Made by a program: the position numbers and the translations under genes
Notes under the pieces: generated by a model
Seen by the model: the letters and a program-made list of their open reading frames with translations, nothing else
Told to the model about the DNA's origin: nothing
The model's database searches: none
Assembly (NCBI GenBank): GCA_963667465.2
Contig: CAXXDN010000001.1
Span: 1-64,000, forward strand
Direction of reading: 5' to 3'
Origin: Dehalococcoidia bacterium
GTDB taxonomy: Bacteria > Chloroflexota > Dehalococcoidia > UBA2979
DNA: 64,000 nucleotides
In this document: piece after piece, positions 17,212 to 28,244 of the stretch
Layout of the letters: the number at the start of each line of letters is the position of its first letter
Position numbering within the stretch: the stretch's first letter is position 1

Positions 17212-18042
17212 CTACTGCGGGTAGCCGGCCATGCGGCGCAGGCGCTCGATGCGCTGCTCCATCGGCGGGTGCGTGGAGAAGAGGCCTCGGACGCTGCTCC
17301 CGCCCAGCGGATTCACGATGTAGAGGTGCGCCGTCGATTCGGAGACCTCGCGCGGCATCAACTGGGCGCCCTGCTCGAGCTTCGCCAGCGCCGAGGCGAG
17401 CGCGAGCGGGTCGCCGACGTAGTTCGCGCCGTCCGTGTCGGCCTGATACTCACGCGAGCGGCTGATCGCGAGTTGAATGAGCGAGGCCGCGATCGGTGCA
17501 AGCAGCGCCGCGACCAGGGCCAGCATGCCGCCTCCGTCGCGCCGTCCCCCGAACCAGAGCGCGAAGAACGAGAGGAACGAGATCGCCGAGGCCACCGTCG
17601 CGACGACCGAGGACGTGAGGATGTCCCGGTTGGCGACGTGGGCGATCTCGTGGCCGATCACGCCTCGCAGCTCGCGGTCGGTGAGCAGCCGGCGGATGCC
17701 GGTGGTGACGGCGACGGCGGCGTGCTTCGGGCTGCGGCCGGTGGCGAAGGCGTTGGGCTGCGGCGAGTCCATGATGTAGACGCGCGGCATCGGCAGTCCG
17801 GCCCCGTTCGCGACCTGCTCGATCATGCGGAACAGGTCCGGGTCGTCCTCGTAGCCGATCTCCTGCGCCTTCGAGGTCTTGAGCACGATGTCGGCAGAGA
17901 ACCAGTAGGAGCTCACGTTCATCGCGAGCGCGACCACGAGCGCGATGATCAGGCCGCCGAGCCCGCCGACGCCAAACCCGATCAGCATCAGCAACCCGTT
18001 GATCGCGGCCAGCAACACCACCGTCTTGAAGTTCTGCATCAC
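17212..18042 (-). CDS. htpX: Membrane zinc protease HtpX (M48)
   Basis: PNAFATGRSPKHAAVAVTTG, GHEIAHVANRD, SRSREYQAD, LFSTHPP. Confidence 0.95.
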   Translation of the reverse strand: MMQNFKTVVLLAAINGLLMLIGFGVGGLGGLIIALVVALAMNVSSYWFSADIVLKTSKAQEIGYEDDPDLFRMIEQVANGAGLPMPRVYIMDSPQPNAFATGRSPKHAAVAVTTGIRRLLTDRELRGVIGHEIAHVANRDILTSSVVATVASAISFLSFFALWFGGRRDGGGMLALVAALLAPIAASLIQLAISRSREYQADTDGANYVGDPLALASALAKLEQGAQLMPREVSESTAHLYIVNPLGGSSVRGLFSTHPPMEQRIERLRRMAGYPQ

Positions 18043-18180
18043 CCAGTCCCGGTCTCTGGAATCCCGCCTGCGAGGCGTTGCAACACGCCTCGGATCGATC
18101 TTATTCGATCACGGGCTGCGGGGGTGAGGATCTGCAGTATTGGATGCAACTCACGAGGGCTCGCGCAGCGGTTGCTCGCG

Positions 18181-18372
18181 GGGGGCTGCGCCCCCCACAC
18201 CCCTATCCCGGACGAGCGTGCGCTGCGCGCCGCTCTGGCCCACCCACCCGCCCTCGGATGTTCTTTCTGTGGGGGGCTGCGCCCCCCACGCCCCCACCCG
18301 GAGTTCCGAGGGCGCACCCTCACGCCGAGGGCGAGCCGACGCTCTCTCCGCGGTGAGAGGGCGGGGATGAGG
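18181..18372. repeat. Copy of the dispersed ~130 bp repeat plus a degenerate REP unit
   Basis: gggggctgcgccccccac occurs twice; matches the reverse complement of 9295-9424. Confidence 0.7.
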
Positions 18373-18584
18373 GCGCTCGCTTGGCCGCAGAGAACGCAGG
18401 TGGGCGAGGGTGAGCGCATCTCGCCTGCCAGATCGAACTCCTCGGCGGGCATGAAGAGGGCGACCGCTATGGGGCCGCCCCAACCGGCCTCAAGGGCCGG
18501 GGAGTCGTACGAGCATCTTCACACAACCTGTCAGACGTGACAAGCGATCATGGCACTCCGATGAGTCGCGCCTCCATCCAACGA

Positions 18585-18612
18585 AACGGGCCGCCCTCGC
18601 AGGCGGCCCGTT
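18585..18612 (-). terminator. Intrinsic terminator after the ACAD pair
   Basis: aacgggccgcc-ctcgca-ggcggcccgtt, with T residues following on the minus strand. Confidence 0.65.
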
Positions 18613-18635
18613 GGCTGCGTAGCCCTCGAGGGCGG

Positions 18636-19745
18636 CTAGATGCCGAGCTGGTCGGCCACCAACTCGCGGTGGTGGTCCGTGTCGCCCCAGGCCAGCTCCG
18701 CACGCTTCTGACGGCGGTAGTAGAGCTGGATCTTGTAGTCCTTCGTGAAGCCGATGCCGCCGTGGATCTGCTGGCCGTGCGCCACCACGCGACGGGTCGC
18801 CTCGGAGGTCCACGCCTTCGCCATGTTCACGGCCATCTGCGTGTCCTCCTGGTCCGTGTTGATGGACCAGGCGGCCTTGTACATGATGAAGCGCGAGCCA
18901 TCGACATCGGTGACCATGTCCGCGCACTTGTGCTGGATCGCCTGGAACGAGCCGATCGGGCGGCCGAACTGCACGCGCTCCTTGGCGTAGTCGACCGAGA
19001 TCTCGAAGTCCATCTGCGCGAGGCCCACCAGGTAGGCGCACTCGGCGACGGCGTAGCGCTGCATCACCGGCTGGAGGTGCTCCCAGCCACTGCCATCCTC
19101 GCCCAGCAGCTGGCCCTTCGCGCCGTCGAGGATCACCTCGCACTGCTTGTCGCGCGCGATCGTCAGCAGCTGGTTCACCGTCACGCCCGGCTGGTCGGTC
19201 GCCACGATCGCCAGCGTCACGCCGTTGCCCGAACGTGCGGCTACGACCATGTAGTCGGCGACGTTGGCGTCCGGGACGAACAGCTTCGTGCCGCTGATCG
19301 TGACGTCGTTGCCGTTGACGGTCGCCTCGGCCTCGATGCCCTGCTCGTCGAAGCGGGCGGACGGCTCGGTTTGGGCGAGCGTGAAGATCAGGTCGCCGGA
19401 GGCGATGCTCGGCAGGAATTCCTGCTTCTGCTCCTCGGAGCCGGCCACCAGCAGCGGCACCGCGCCGCCGAGGACGGAGGACATGAACGGGCCAGGAACC
19501 AGCGCGCGCCCGAACTCCTCGAGCAGCACGCAGAAGTCGAGGAAGTCGAAGCCGACGCCGCCGTACTCCTCGGGGATCAGCAGACCTTGCCAGCCCTGCT
19601 CGGCCATCTTCGACCAGAGCTCGGGCGAGTAGCCGCGCTCGTCCTCCTCCATGTCGCGAACGAGCTGCTCGGGGCACTCGTTTTCCAGGAAGTCACGCGC
19701 CGCGTTCTTGAGCAGTTCCTGCTGCTCCGTGAAGCCCAGGTCCAT
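18636..19745 (-). CDS. Acyl-CoA dehydrogenase (short subunit of a heteromeric pair)
   Basis: RVQFGRPIGSFQAIQHKCAD, QQIHGGIGFT. Confidence 0.93.
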   Translation of the reverse strand: MDLGFTEQQELLKNAARDFLENECPEQLVRDMEEDERGYSPELWSKMAEQGWQGLLIPEEYGGVGFDFLDFCVLLEEFGRALVPGPFMSSVLGGAVPLLVAGSEEQKQEFLPSIASGDLIFTLAQTEPSARFDEQGIEAEATVNGNDVTISGTKLFVPDANVADYMVVAARSGNGVTLAIVATDQPGVTVNQLLTIARDKQCEVILDGAKGQLLGEDGSGWEHLQPVMQRYAVAECAYLVGLAQMDFEISVDYAKERVQFGRPIGSFQAIQHKCADMVTDVDGSRFIMYKAAWSINTDQEDTQMAVNMAKAWTSEATRRVVAHGQQIHGGIGFTKDYKIQLYYRRQKRAELAWGDTDHHRELVADQLGI

Positions 19746-19855
19746 GTCGTCCTCCTTTTGCCCGCGCGCCTCCCGGCGCTTGGGCCGCGGCGTGCCGCCG
19801 GCTTGTCTCCTCTACGGTTTCCCCGGTGTCCCGGGTGTCCGTGTCTTCGCTGTCC

Positions 19856-21082
19856 CTAGCCGCGCGGCAGGCCGAGCCCGCGCGTGGCGATGATGTTGCG
19901 CTGAATCTCCGAGCTGCCGCCCGCGATCGTCGAGGGGATCGCGCGCACGTAGCCGTGCGTGAACTGCGATCGCATCGGCGCGTACGCCGAGTCCTTGCCC
20001 CAGACGTTGCCGTAGAGCCCCAGCGTCTTCGTGCCTGTCCGCATCACCCGCTGGTGCGTCTCCGTGCCGAACATCTTGCCCGTCGAGGCCTCGTAGTTCG
20101 GCACCACGCCCGAGGCCTGCATCGAGGCGATGCGCATCCCGAAGTTCCGCGCCACGTCGCACTCGATGTAGCGGTCCGCGATCTCGGCACGCAGCGTCGG
20201 CAGGTCGCCGGTCCGCGAGCACACCTCGCCCTCGTCGCTGCCGATGTACTCGATCAGCTCCTCGACCATGGTGCGGTCCAGGATCGCGCTGTCGATGTTG
20301 GAGCGCTCGTAGTCGAGCAGCGTCATGCCGACGTACCAGCCGCGGTTCTCCTCGCCGAGGCGGTTGGAGACGGGCGCGCGCACGTCCTCGAAGAAGGTCT
20401 CGTTGAAGTGGTGGTTGAAGGTCATGTCGACGAGCGGGCGCACCTGCACGCCGGCCTCGTGGATGTCATCGATGATGATCAGCGAGATGCCGCGGTGCTT
20501 CGGCGCGTCCGGGTCGGTGCGCACGAGGATGTACATGTTGTCGGCGTTGTGCGCGTTGCTGGTCCAGATCTTCTGGCCGTTGATCACGTACTCGTCGCCG
20601 TCGCGGCGGGCGCGCGTCTGCAGCGAGGCGAGGTCCGAGCCCGCCCCCGGCTCGGAGTAGCCCTGGCACCAGGCGGTGTCACCCTCGAGGATGCCGGTCA
20701 GGTACTTCTCCTTCTGCTGCTCGTTGCCGTGCACGATCACCGTCGGGCCGATCTGGGTGACGCCCTGGCCGCCCACCGCGGGCGCCCCGGCCTCGGCCAT
20801 CTCCTGCTTGAAGATGAACTGCTCCCAGACGGTGAGGCCCGCGCCGCCGTACTCCTCGGGCCAGTTGGGCGCGACCCAGCCGTTTTCGGCGAGCGCCTTT
20901 GCCCAATCGCGGGCAGCGCCGCTCTCCTCGGGATCGTCGCTCGCGCGATGCGCCTGCCAGCCGCCGTCGAGGCCGCTGCGAGTGGCGTGCAGCGCGCGGT
21001 AGAAGTCGGGTAGTCGTTCGCCGACAAACTCGCGCACCTGCGTGCGGAAGGATGCCTGTTCGGCGGAGTCGCCCCAGTCCAT
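19856..21082 (-). CDS. Acyl-CoA dehydrogenase (catalytic subunit of a heteromeric pair)
   Basis: [42 protein letters not shown]; start MDWGDS. Confidence 0.93.
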   Translation of the reverse strand: MDWGDSAEQASFRTQVREFVGERLPDFYRALHATRSGLDGGWQAHRASDDPEESGAARDWAKALAENGWVAPNWPEEYGGAGLTVWEQFIFKQEMAEAGAPAVGGQGVTQIGPTVIVHGNEQQKEKYLTGILEGDTAWCQGYSEPGAGSDLASLQTRARRDGDEYVINGQKIWTSNAHNADNMYILVRTDPDAPKHRGISLIIIDDIHEAGVQVRPLVDMTFNHHFNETFFEDVRAPVSNRLGEENRGWYVGMTLLDYERSNIDSAILDRTMVEELIEYIGSDEGEVCSRTGDLPTLRAEIADRYIECDVARNFGMRIASMQASGVVPNYEASTGKMFGTETHQRVMRTGTKTLGLYGNVWGKDSAYAPMRSQFTHGYVRAIPSTIAGGSSEIQRNIIATRGLGLPRG

Positions 21083-21378
21083 GCTCGCCTCCTGCCTCGT
21101 CGCTCGCGCACGTGCTCCGCACCCGGCCCCGCGGCCAGACACGCCGGCCGGATCGATCGAGGTGGATGGAGCCGCGAACGACACACCGAGCCGCCGCTTG
21201 CTCGGCGGCGCGATTATGGATTTCGCCGGATCAGCCGTCAACCGAGCGGCCCGCACCCCGCCGGGCCGGATCGGGCTGCGGAGGTATCATACCCGCATCC
21301 CAACTATCATTCGCCGACCGGCGATTCGGGGCAGCGCGCACGCATCGCGAGACGCGCCCCCGCGGTGGGGACGGCGGC

Positions 21379-22692
21379 TTGAAGCAGACCTCCCGGACAC
21401 GGCGTCGAGCGCTGCTCGCGGCCGCGCTTGCCGCAGCCGCACTGCTTGCCTCGGCCCCCCTCGCGACACCCGTCGACGCTGAGAACCGGCCGTTCGACGA
21501 GATGTGCGACGAACTGCACGCCGCTGCCGCCGACTTCGAGGGACGCGTCGCCTTCGTCGTCCACGACCTGACCGCGGGGTCGCGCTGCGAGCGCGCCCCC
21601 GGTGCCATCCACACGACCGCCTCGCTCTACAAGCTGGTCGTGCTCGCCGAGGCGCACCGGCAGCGGGAGACGGGGACCTTCTCATTCGACGAGCCAATCC
21701 TGCGGTTCCGCGCCAGGGACGCGATCCACAGCATGATCCAGCTCTCCAGCAACGACACCGCGCACGCGCTGCTCCAACGCCTCGGTCCCGAGAACGTCGC
21801 GGCGCTCGCGCCCACACTGGGCATGAGCAACACCGTCATCGTCGATGACGTGAACGAGGACGACACGACGACTGCAGCCGACATCGCGCACTTCTTCATC
21901 GAGCTGCACGCGCGGCGCCTGATCAGCCCGGAGGCGGACGCGGCGATGCACGACGTGCTGCTGGGGCAGGAAGTCCGCGATCGCATCCCCTGGCTGCTGC
22001 CGCCGGAAGTCCCCATCGCGCACAAGACAGGACGCCTCGATCGCTCCGCCCACGACGCCGGCATCGTCTACGCACCCGGCGGCGCGTACGTGCTGGTGCT
22101 GCTGACCGAGGGCGCGCCGTACCAGAACTGGAATCCGGGCCACGAGGCGATTCGCCAGCTGGCCGCGCTTTCGTATACGGCCTACAGCCAACCGGCCGGG
22201 GCAACTCCGACACCCACGCCGACGGCCGAGGCAACTCCGACACCCACGCCGACGGCCGAGGCAACTCCGGCACCGACACCGACACCGACCGAAACCCCGG
22301 AGCCAACTCCGACAGCGACCCTCGAGCCAACTGCAACGCCCGAACCCACGCCCACGCCGACACCTTCGCCAACTCCAACGCCCACCACCACTCCGACAGC
22401 GACTCCCGATCCAGCGCCGGCAGAGACGCCGCCGCCCGCGGCAGTCGCCGCCGCCGCGCTCTCGCCCACCGCCACGCCCGAGGCGACGACGCTGGCAGCG
22501 GCGGCGACACGCCAGGGCAGCGCCAACGCGCAGCCTGCCGCCAGGCCGGGATCCGCCGGAACGAGATTCGGACTTCCGCAGGCCGGCTTGCTCGCGCTCG
22601 CCGTCGCACTCGCGCTCGTGGCGCTGGAGCTGCTGGCCCCGCAATGGCGCCCGTGGAAGGTGGCCGCTTCCGAGGAGGATGCGGGGGACTGA
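21379..22692 (+). CDS. Serine hydrolase (class A beta-lactamase/PBP-like) with PT-rich stalk and C-terminal membrane anchor
   Basis: ASLYK (SxxK), SSN, HKTG; RRR-type signal peptide; TPTPT repeats at 22200-22410. Confidence 0.85.
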   Translation: MKQTSRTRRRALLAAALAAAALLASAPLATPVDAENRPFDEMCDELHAAAADFEGRVAFVVHDLTAGSRCERAPGAIHTTASLYKLVVLAEAHRQRETGTFSFDEPILRFRARDAIHSMIQLSSNDTAHALLQRLGPENVAALAPTLGMSNTVIVDDVNEDDTTTAADIAHFFIELHARRLISPEADAAMHDVLLGQEVRDRIPWLLPPEVPIAHKTGRLDRSAHDAGIVYAPGGAYVLVLLTEGAPYQNWNPGHEAIRQLAALSYTAYSQPAGATPTPTPTAEATPTPTPTAEATPAPTPTPTETPEPTPTATLEPTATPEPTPTPTPSPTPTPTTTPTATPDPAPAETPPPAAVAAAALSPTATPEATTLAAAATRQGSANAQPAARPGSAGTRFGLPQAGLLALAVALALVALELLAPQWRPWKVAASEEDAGD

Positions 22693-22699
22693 CGGAGCC

Positions 22700-23500
22700 C
22701 TACGGCTCCTCCAGCACGGGGGGCTCCCCGATGATCACGCCTGTCGAGAGGTCGAGCGGCGGCAGCGCGTCGTCCTCCAGCTCGGCGAGGTCGACGACGT
22801 TCCCCGCTTCGATCTCGCGCTCGATCTCGCCCAGGCGCTCCTCGCGGCGCTCGCGCGCCTCCTCGGTCAGCTCCAGTTCCTCGGCGATGCGGTCGGCGAG
22901 CACGTTCGAGGGCGACTCGAAGTCGCGAGGCAGGCGCGCCTCGATCGCGGCGTCCAGCGCGGCGTACTCGTTGCCGCCGAGGAAGTGCAGCGGGCGTGTC
23001 TCTTCCGCGCCGAGCAGCCAGCGCTCGCCGAAGGAGCGCTCGTCCACGTGCACCGCCACGGCGATGGCGATGCACAGCTCGTGGTCGCCGAAGGGGAGCA
23101 CCTCCTGCAGCTCGCACTCCACCCAGGCCACGCAGCCCTTGAGCAGCGGCGCGTCGATGTGCGTCGCCGTGAACGTCTCCAGCCGCGTGGCGTCGAACTT
23201 GTCGATCTCCTCGCCGCTGTAGGAGCCGAGGTACTGGACCAGGTGCAGCAGCGGACGCGCCGGGATGTTGAGGGCGAACTGCTCCGCGGCGCGGATCAGC
23301 TCCAGTGAGTGGCGCGTCTGGTGCAGCGCGACGCCGACCAGCGGCGGGTCTGCCGAGAGCGGCGTGTGCCAGGCCACCGGCAGCACGTTGTCCACGCCTC
23401 GATCGTGCGTGGTGACGAGCGCAACCGGCCCGCCGAGCAGGATGCGGGATGTTGCCGTCGCGGGACGGCGTTCGACACCGTCGGGGGGATGTTCGATCAC
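22700..23500 (-). CDS. Flavin reductase-like protein
   Basis: GPVALVTT, LSADPPLVGVAL, FALNIP, VAWVECEL, GDHEL. Confidence 0.88.
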   Translation of the reverse strand: MIEHPPDGVERRPATATSRILLGGPVALVTTHDRGVDNVLPVAWHTPLSADPPLVGVALHQTRHSLELIRAAEQFALNIPARPLLHLVQYLGSYSGEEIDKFDATRLETFTATHIDAPLLKGCVAWVECELQEVLPFGDHELCIAIAVAVHVDERSFGERWLLGAEETRPLHFLGGNEYAALDAAIEARLPRDFESPSNVLADRIAEELELTEEARERREERLGEIEREIEAGNVVDLAELEDDALPPLDLSTGVIIGEPPVLEEP

Positions 23501-23528
23501 GTCCGGAGTATAGGACGCGGCGAGGCGG

Positions 23529-24608
23529 CTACGCTCCGTCCAGCACGGCGATCAGCGCCTCCTCGAGCTCCTCCTCCGGCGCGAACGCCTCGAAGCGCCC
23601 GGCCACCAGGCCGTCCGCGCCGATGATGAAGGTCCACTCGGGTGTGTGCAGGCCCCACTCCCGCAGCAGCGGCGTCTCGATCGCCACGCCCAGGCCCATC
23701 GTGCGGATCTCCTCCGGGTTCTCGTAGAGATCGACGTGGATGAAGTTCGCGCGATCGCCGTGGCGCTCGCGCAGCACGGTCAGGATCTCGGCCTGCGGGC
23801 CGCACAGCGCGTTCGTGCAGAAGCCCGGGCTGGCGAAGACGATCACGAACGGGCGGCCTGCCTCGATCGCCTCGGCGACCGTCAGCGCGTAGAGCGCCGG
23901 GTCCGGCTCGGCGCCGGTGGAGAGCTGGTAGACGGACTCCACGTCCTCGAGCGTGCGGTTGAGGCTCGCCGGCGCCGGCTCGCCCACGTCCGGCGCGAGC
24001 GTGCGCTCCGCCACCTCGGCGGGGAAGCTCAGCACGGCGAGCGAGCCGTCGGGACGGGGCAGGCTCACCTCGATCAGCCACTCGCCGGCGCGGTCGAAGT
24101 CAAGCTCGCCAACGTAGAGGCCGCGAATGCCCTCGGGGAAGTCGAAGTAGCGCGCGATCGCGGTCACGGCCTCGCCGCCGCCGCGGCTCGCGGAGATCGA
24201 GACGATCGGAAGCCGCACGATGCCCTCGGCGTCGCTCAGCACGAAGGCGATGCGCTGCGGCCCCGGTCCGAGGTCCGGCGTGCCGAAGACCAGGATCAGG
24301 CCGGACGCTTCGTCGGAGTACTGCGGGTAGCTGGCCTCGAAACCCTCGTCGCCGAAGACGGAGGTCCGCTCCTCCGGCGTCGCCTCGGCGGTCGCGGTCG
24401 CCGCGGCCGGCTCGGTCGGACTTGCCGTCGGCGCGGCCGCCTCGCGGGTCGCCGTCGCCGCGGGAGCAGCGCTGGCAGTCGCCGCCGGCTCGTCCGTCCC
24501 GCCGTCGCCGCAGGCGAGGGCGAGCGCGCCCGCGAGGAGCGCCGCGAGCGCCAGCGCCGCACGGGCGCCCGTTCGTCCGCTGAGTGACTGGCGGATCCGC
24601 ATGATCAC
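23529..24608 (-). CDS. Lipoprotein with thioredoxin-like C-terminal domain
   Basis: Lipobox LALAC; FASPGFCTNALCGP, NFIHVDLY, EWTFIIGADG. Confidence 0.75.
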   Translation of the reverse strand: MIMRIRQSLSGRTGARAALALAALLAGALALACGDGGTDEPAATASAAPAATATREAAAPTASPTEPAAATATAEATPEERTSVFGDEGFEASYPQYSDEASGLILVFGTPDLGPGPQRIAFVLSDAEGIVRLPIVSISASRGGGEAVTAIARYFDFPEGIRGLYVGELDFDRAGEWLIEVSLPRPDGSLAVLSFPAEVAERTLAPDVGEPAPASLNRTLEDVESVYQLSTGAEPDPALYALTVAEAIEAGRPFVIVFASPGFCTNALCGPQAEILTVLRERHGDRANFIHVDLYENPEEIRTMGLGVAIETPLLREWGLHTPEWTFIIGADGLVAGRFEAFAPEEELEEALIAVLDGA

Positions 24609-26236
24609 GCCCCTTCCAGATAGCTGCCGAAGGTCAGCGCGAAGATCGCGAAGTTATCGGAGTTCGAGCGCAGCTTGAGCTCGTGCTGTGCGAATGCGGG
24701 CAGTTGGACGATCTCGTAGTGGCGAGACTCCGAGACGCGGATGAAGCTGCGCTGCTCAGCGTCGAACTCGATGTCCGGGCCGGCCTGCTCGGGGGTGAGC
24801 GGGCGGCCGTCGATCTCGACGTAGACGTCGAACGGCTCGGGCTCCGGAGGGCTGATCACCACATTGACGCTGCGCGCGCGGAAGATGAAGGCGAAGTAGT
24901 CCTCGAGATTCTCGGTCTCCCGCGCGTGGACTATCGCGTGCTGCTCGTTGCGCCAGAGACCCTGCACGTACCACTTGTGATTCGTGCGCTCCTCCGGCGC
25001 CGTGTTGTCCTCGTACAACACCTCCCGGTTCTGACCGAGGTAGTACTCATCCTGCCCGGCGGAGTGCCAATTGGAGTTGCTCGAGAAGTTGCGCGTCCAG
25101 CCGGCCCACATCTCCCGGGTCTGGTCCCGGCGGTTCGAATCGCGCTGCGGCTCGGGGATGCCGATCGAGATGTCTGAAACGTCGTGGCCGGCCTCGGTGA
25201 GGGCCTTGCGGATCGCGCGCTCGGTCTCCGTGTAGCGGCCCTCGCCGATGTTGGCCCAGACCACCTCGCCGGTCTTGTCGAAGAGGAACTTCGACGGCCA
25301 GAAGCGGTTGTTGAACGCGCGCCAGGTCCTCGAATTGTTGTCCTGCGCCACCGGCCAGCGGACGTCCAGCCGCTCGATCGCCGCCGCGACATTCTCCGCG
25401 GACTCCTCGAACGCGAACTCGGGCCGGTGCACGCCGAGGATCACGAGCCCCCGGTCCGCGTACTTCTCGTGCCAGCTGCGCAGGTACGGCAGCGTGCGGA
25501 CGCAGTTGATGCAGCTGTACGTCCAGAAGTCGATCAGCACGACGTTCCCCGCCTCGAGCTGCTCCTGGATCGTGAACCGTTCCGAGTTGAACCAGCGCCC
25601 GAGGCCCACTACCTCGTACTCCGGCACGATGCGAGGACCCTCGGGCGTCGGCTCCGGCTTTGGCGTCGCCGTCGGTGTCGGTTCGGGCGTCGCAGTCGGC
25701 GTCGGTTCGGGCGTCGCAGTCGATGTGGGCTCGGGTGTTGCGGTCGGCGTCGGCTCAGGCGGCGCGGTCGGCGTCGGTTCGGGCGGCGCAGTCGGCGTCG
25801 GCTCGGGCGTTGCGGTCGGCGTCGGCGCGGGCGGCGCGGTCGGCGTCGGCTCGCGCGTCGCAGTCGGTGTGGGCTCGGGCGTCGCGGTCGGCGTCGGCTC
25901 GGGCGTTGCGGTCGGCGTCGGCTCGGGCGTCGCAGGCGATGTGGGGTCGGGCGTTGCGGTCGGCGTCGGCTCGAGCGTTGCGGTCGGCGTCGGCTCGAGC
26001 GTTGCGGTCGGCGTCGGCTCGGGCGTCGCGGTGGCGACCGCGGCCGAGGGCGTCGCCGTTGCGACTGGCGGCGGGGCGCCCTCGTCGTCGCACGCTGCCA
26101 GCAGCGCCGCAACGAGCGCCGCGAGGGTCACGAGGGCCGTGCGTCGCGCAACGAATGGGATTCGCCGAACCGGATGCGCCCAGAGCTTCAAGCGACACCT
26201 CCACGGACCCCGCAACGCGCAGAGACGGCCCACCAA
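24605..26236 (-). CDS. DipZ-like redoxin lipoprotein with long PT stalk (start uncertain)
   Basis: LLAAC lipobox, about 15 PTPTATPE repeats, LIDFWTYSCINCVRTLP, DipZ-type C-terminal domain. Confidence 0.85.
   Translation of the reverse strand: MVGRLCALRGPWRCRLKLWAHPVRRIPFVARRTALVTLAALVAALLAACDDEGAPPPVATATPSAAVATATPEPTPTATLEPTPTATLEPTPTATPDPTSPATPEPTPTATPEPTPTATPEPTPTATREPTPTAPPAPTPTATPEPTPTAPPEPTPTAPPEPTPTATPEPTSTATPEPTPTATPEPTPTATPKPEPTPEGPRIVPEYEVVGLGRWFNSERFTIQEQLEAGNVVLIDFWTYSCINCVRTLPYLRSWHEKYADRGLVILGVHRPEFAFEESAENVAAAIERLDVRWPVAQDNNSRTWRAFNNRFWPSKFLFDKTGEVVWANIGEGRYTETERAIRKALTEAGHDVSDISIGIPEPQRDSNRRDQTREMWAGWTRNFSSNSNWHSAGQDEYYLGQNREVLYEDNTAPEERTNHKWYVQGLWRNEQHAIVHARETENLEDYFAFIFRARSVNVVISPPEPEPFDVYVEIDGRPLTPEQAGPDIEFDAEQRSFIRVSESRHYEIVQLPAFAQHELKLRSNSDNFAIFALTFGSYLEGA
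25645..26030. repeat. 24-bp coding tandem repeat (PTPTATPE)n
   Basis: Repeating gtcggcgtcggctcgggcgttgcg variants. Confidence 0.85.
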
Positions 26237-26295
26237 GAATAAGCCTTGAGGCCTCTAGCGGCGCACGGCAGGACCGGCAGGCCGACTCCGAATGC

Positions 26296-26694
26296 CTACC
26301 GTGGTCGCGGCTCGGCGGGGGCGGCTGCGGCAAGCGCCCGGTCGAACGACATGATCCGCTCGACGCCACGCCGGCGGCAGCTCGCGAGGTGGCAGAGATC
26401 CCTCGCCGACAGTCCCGGATGCTGGACGTGGAGTTGCTGCGCGAGCGTGACGTCCGCCTCCTCCAGCGGCCACACCTCGACACCCGCCCTCGCCACCAGC
26501 CTCATCGCCGCGTCCAACGTCGGCAACCGCCCGGCCGGCAGGTAGGCGTGCGAGAGCTCCTGCAGCACTTCCGCCGAGGTGCAGAGGGGAGTGCGGAACC
26601 TCGTGGACTCGTCGAGGAACTCGCGGGCGGCGCCTTGCAGGGGATGCGGGGCCCCGACCGCGTACATCAGCACGTTCGTATCGACGAAGATCAC
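26296..26694 (-). CDS. vapC: VapC PIN-domain toxin
   Basis: IFVDTNVLMYAVG, SAEVLQE, LSARDLCHLA, IMSFD. Confidence 0.9.
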   Translation of the reverse strand: MIFVDTNVLMYAVGAPHPLQGAAREFLDESTRFRTPLCTSAEVLQELSHAYLPAGRLPTLDAAMRLVARAGVEVWPLEEADVTLAQQLHVQHPGLSARDLCHLASCRRRGVERIMSFDRALAAAAPAEPRPR

Positions 26695-26966
26695 GTGCCG
26701 GTCGCGCCCCGCCGCCGGGACTCCTCAATCACGCGCAGGTGATCGTCCCAGTCAGGCTCGCGCTCGGGACCGGGCAGGGCGTCACATTCCCGGAAGAACG
26801 CCGCGAGCTCCTCCGGAGACGCGAAGCGAGCGGAGCCCTGGCCTTCCTCGAGCCGTGCGCGCGCCGCCGCGCGCAGCCAGGCGCTGAGCGTCAAACCCTC
26901 GCGGCGCGCCTCGTGGACGAAGCGGTCTCTGTCCTCGTCCGGGATGACCAGTTGCACTCTCGCCAT
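26691..26966 (-). CDS. RHH-type antitoxin (VapB-like)
   Basis: RVQLVIPDEDRDRFVHEARREGLTLSAWLR; GTGA overlap with vapC. Confidence 0.8.
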   Translation of the reverse strand: MARVQLVIPDEDRDRFVHEARREGLTLSAWLRAAARARLEEGQGSARFASPEELAAFFRECDALPGPEREPDWDDHLRVIEESRRRGATGT

Positions 26967-26994
26967 GACGCATGTCCTACGTGCGATGTGTATG

Positions 26995-27009
26995 TGTATG
27001 AATCATACA
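26995..27009. promoter_or_regulatory. Palindromic operator upstream of vapBC
   Basis: tgtatg-aat-cataca, a perfect inverted repeat in an AT-rich patch. Confidence 0.55.
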
Positions 27010-27041
27010 TACTCCGCGCCCACTCGCATGCGCCAGGGCGC

Positions 27042-28229
27042 TCACGCTCCCTCGAGGTAGTTCCCGAACGTGAGCGCGAAGATCGCGAAGTTGTCGGAGT
27101 TCGAGGCCAGCTTCAGCTCGTGCTCGCCCCACTCTTGCAGCTCGACGATCGCGTAGTGGCGCGGCGCGTCGACGCGGATCAGGCTGCGCCCCCCGGCGTC
27201 GAAGACGACGTCGGCGCCGGCCTCCTCCGGCCGCAGCGGCCGGCCGTCGATTTCGATGTAGACCTCGAACGGCTCGTCGCGCGGCGGGTTGAGCACCACG
27301 TTCACGCTGCGCGCGCGGAAGACGAGCGCGAAGTAGTCCTCGAGCTGCTCCGTCTCGCGCGCGTGGACGATCGCCTCGCGCTCGTTGCGCCAGAGCCCGT
27401 GGACGTACCAGCGATGGTGCATCCGCGGCTCCCCGGAGGTGTCGATGTCGGTGTAGAGCCGCTCCTCGTCGGGACCGTCGTAGTAGGCGACCTGGGCGGC
27501 GTAGACGCCCTGGCGGGTGTAGTTGCGGGCGTAGCCGCCGTAGAGCTCGCGGGTCTGGTCGCGCGCCTCGGGATCGCGCTCGGGCTCGGGCTCCGGCAGG
27601 CCGGGAGTGATGTCGGTCACGTTCTGGCCGGCCGCGATCAGGGCGGTGCGGATGATGCGCTCGGTCTCCTCGTACTCGCCCTCGCCGAAGTGGCGATAGA
27701 CGATCTCGCCGCCCGGACCGAACAGGTACTTGGCCGGCCAATAGCGGTTTTCGAACTCCCGCCAGGTTGCGAAGGCGTTGTCCTGCGCCACCGGCCAGGC
27801 GACGTCGAGCCGCTCGATCGCCTCGGCGACGTTCTCCGCGTCGTACTCGAAGTCAAACTCCGGGGTGTGCACGCCGAGGATTACGAGCCCTCGGTCGCCG
27901 TACTTCTCGTGCCAGTCGCGCAGGTAGGGCAGCGTGCGCACGCAGTTGATGCAGGTGTAGGTCCAGAAGTCGATGAGGACGATGTTGCCGCGCTGCAGTT
28001 GCTCAGCGATCGTGAATGGCTCCGAGTTGAACCACTCGCCGAGGCCCCTGAGCTCGTGCTCCGGCTCCACGCTCGGCCGGGGTGTGGGCTGGGCGGTGGC
28101 CCCGGGGCCGGGTTGGGCGGCATCGCCGGCGTCGCTCGCGTCCTCGGAGCCGGCGCACGCCGCCGTGACGAGCAGCAGCACGAGCAGCGCGAGGCCGGCG
28201 AGGAGGCGGCTGCGTGGAGCGGAGCGCAC
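27042..28229 (-). CDS. DipZ-like redoxin lipoprotein, paralog 2
   Basis: Lipobox TAAC; LIDFWTYTCINCVRTLP; C-terminus nearly identical to 24605..26236. Confidence 0.87.
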   Translation of the reverse strand: MRSAPRSRLLAGLALLVLLLVTAACAGSEDASDAGDAAQPGPGATAQPTPRPSVEPEHELRGLGEWFNSEPFTIAEQLQRGNIVLIDFWTYTCINCVRTLPYLRDWHEKYGDRGLVILGVHTPEFDFEYDAENVAEAIERLDVAWPVAQDNAFATWREFENRYWPAKYLFGPGGEIVYRHFGEGEYEETERIIRTALIAAGQNVTDITPGLPEPEPERDPEARDQTRELYGGYARNYTRQGVYAAQVAYYDGPDEERLYTDIDTSGEPRMHHRWYVHGLWRNEREAIVHARETEQLEDYFALVFRARSVNVVLNPPRDEPFEVYIEIDGRPLRPEEAGADVVFDAGGRSLIRVDAPRHYAIVELQEWGEHELKLASNSDNFAIFALTFGNYLEGA

Positions 28230-28244
28230 GACGCCCTCGAGGCG

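Noticed and set aside
18529-18542. tgtca-gacg-tgaca palindrome upstream of htpX as an operator
   Set aside because: It is short, far from the gene, separated from it by repeats, and does not match CIRCE or HAIR consensus.
21379-22692. Antibiotic-resistance class A beta-lactamase
   Set aside because: It has SxxK/SxN/KTG but lacks a recognisable omega-loop ExxLN and carries a stalk and membrane anchor, so it is more likely a cell-envelope serine hydrolase.
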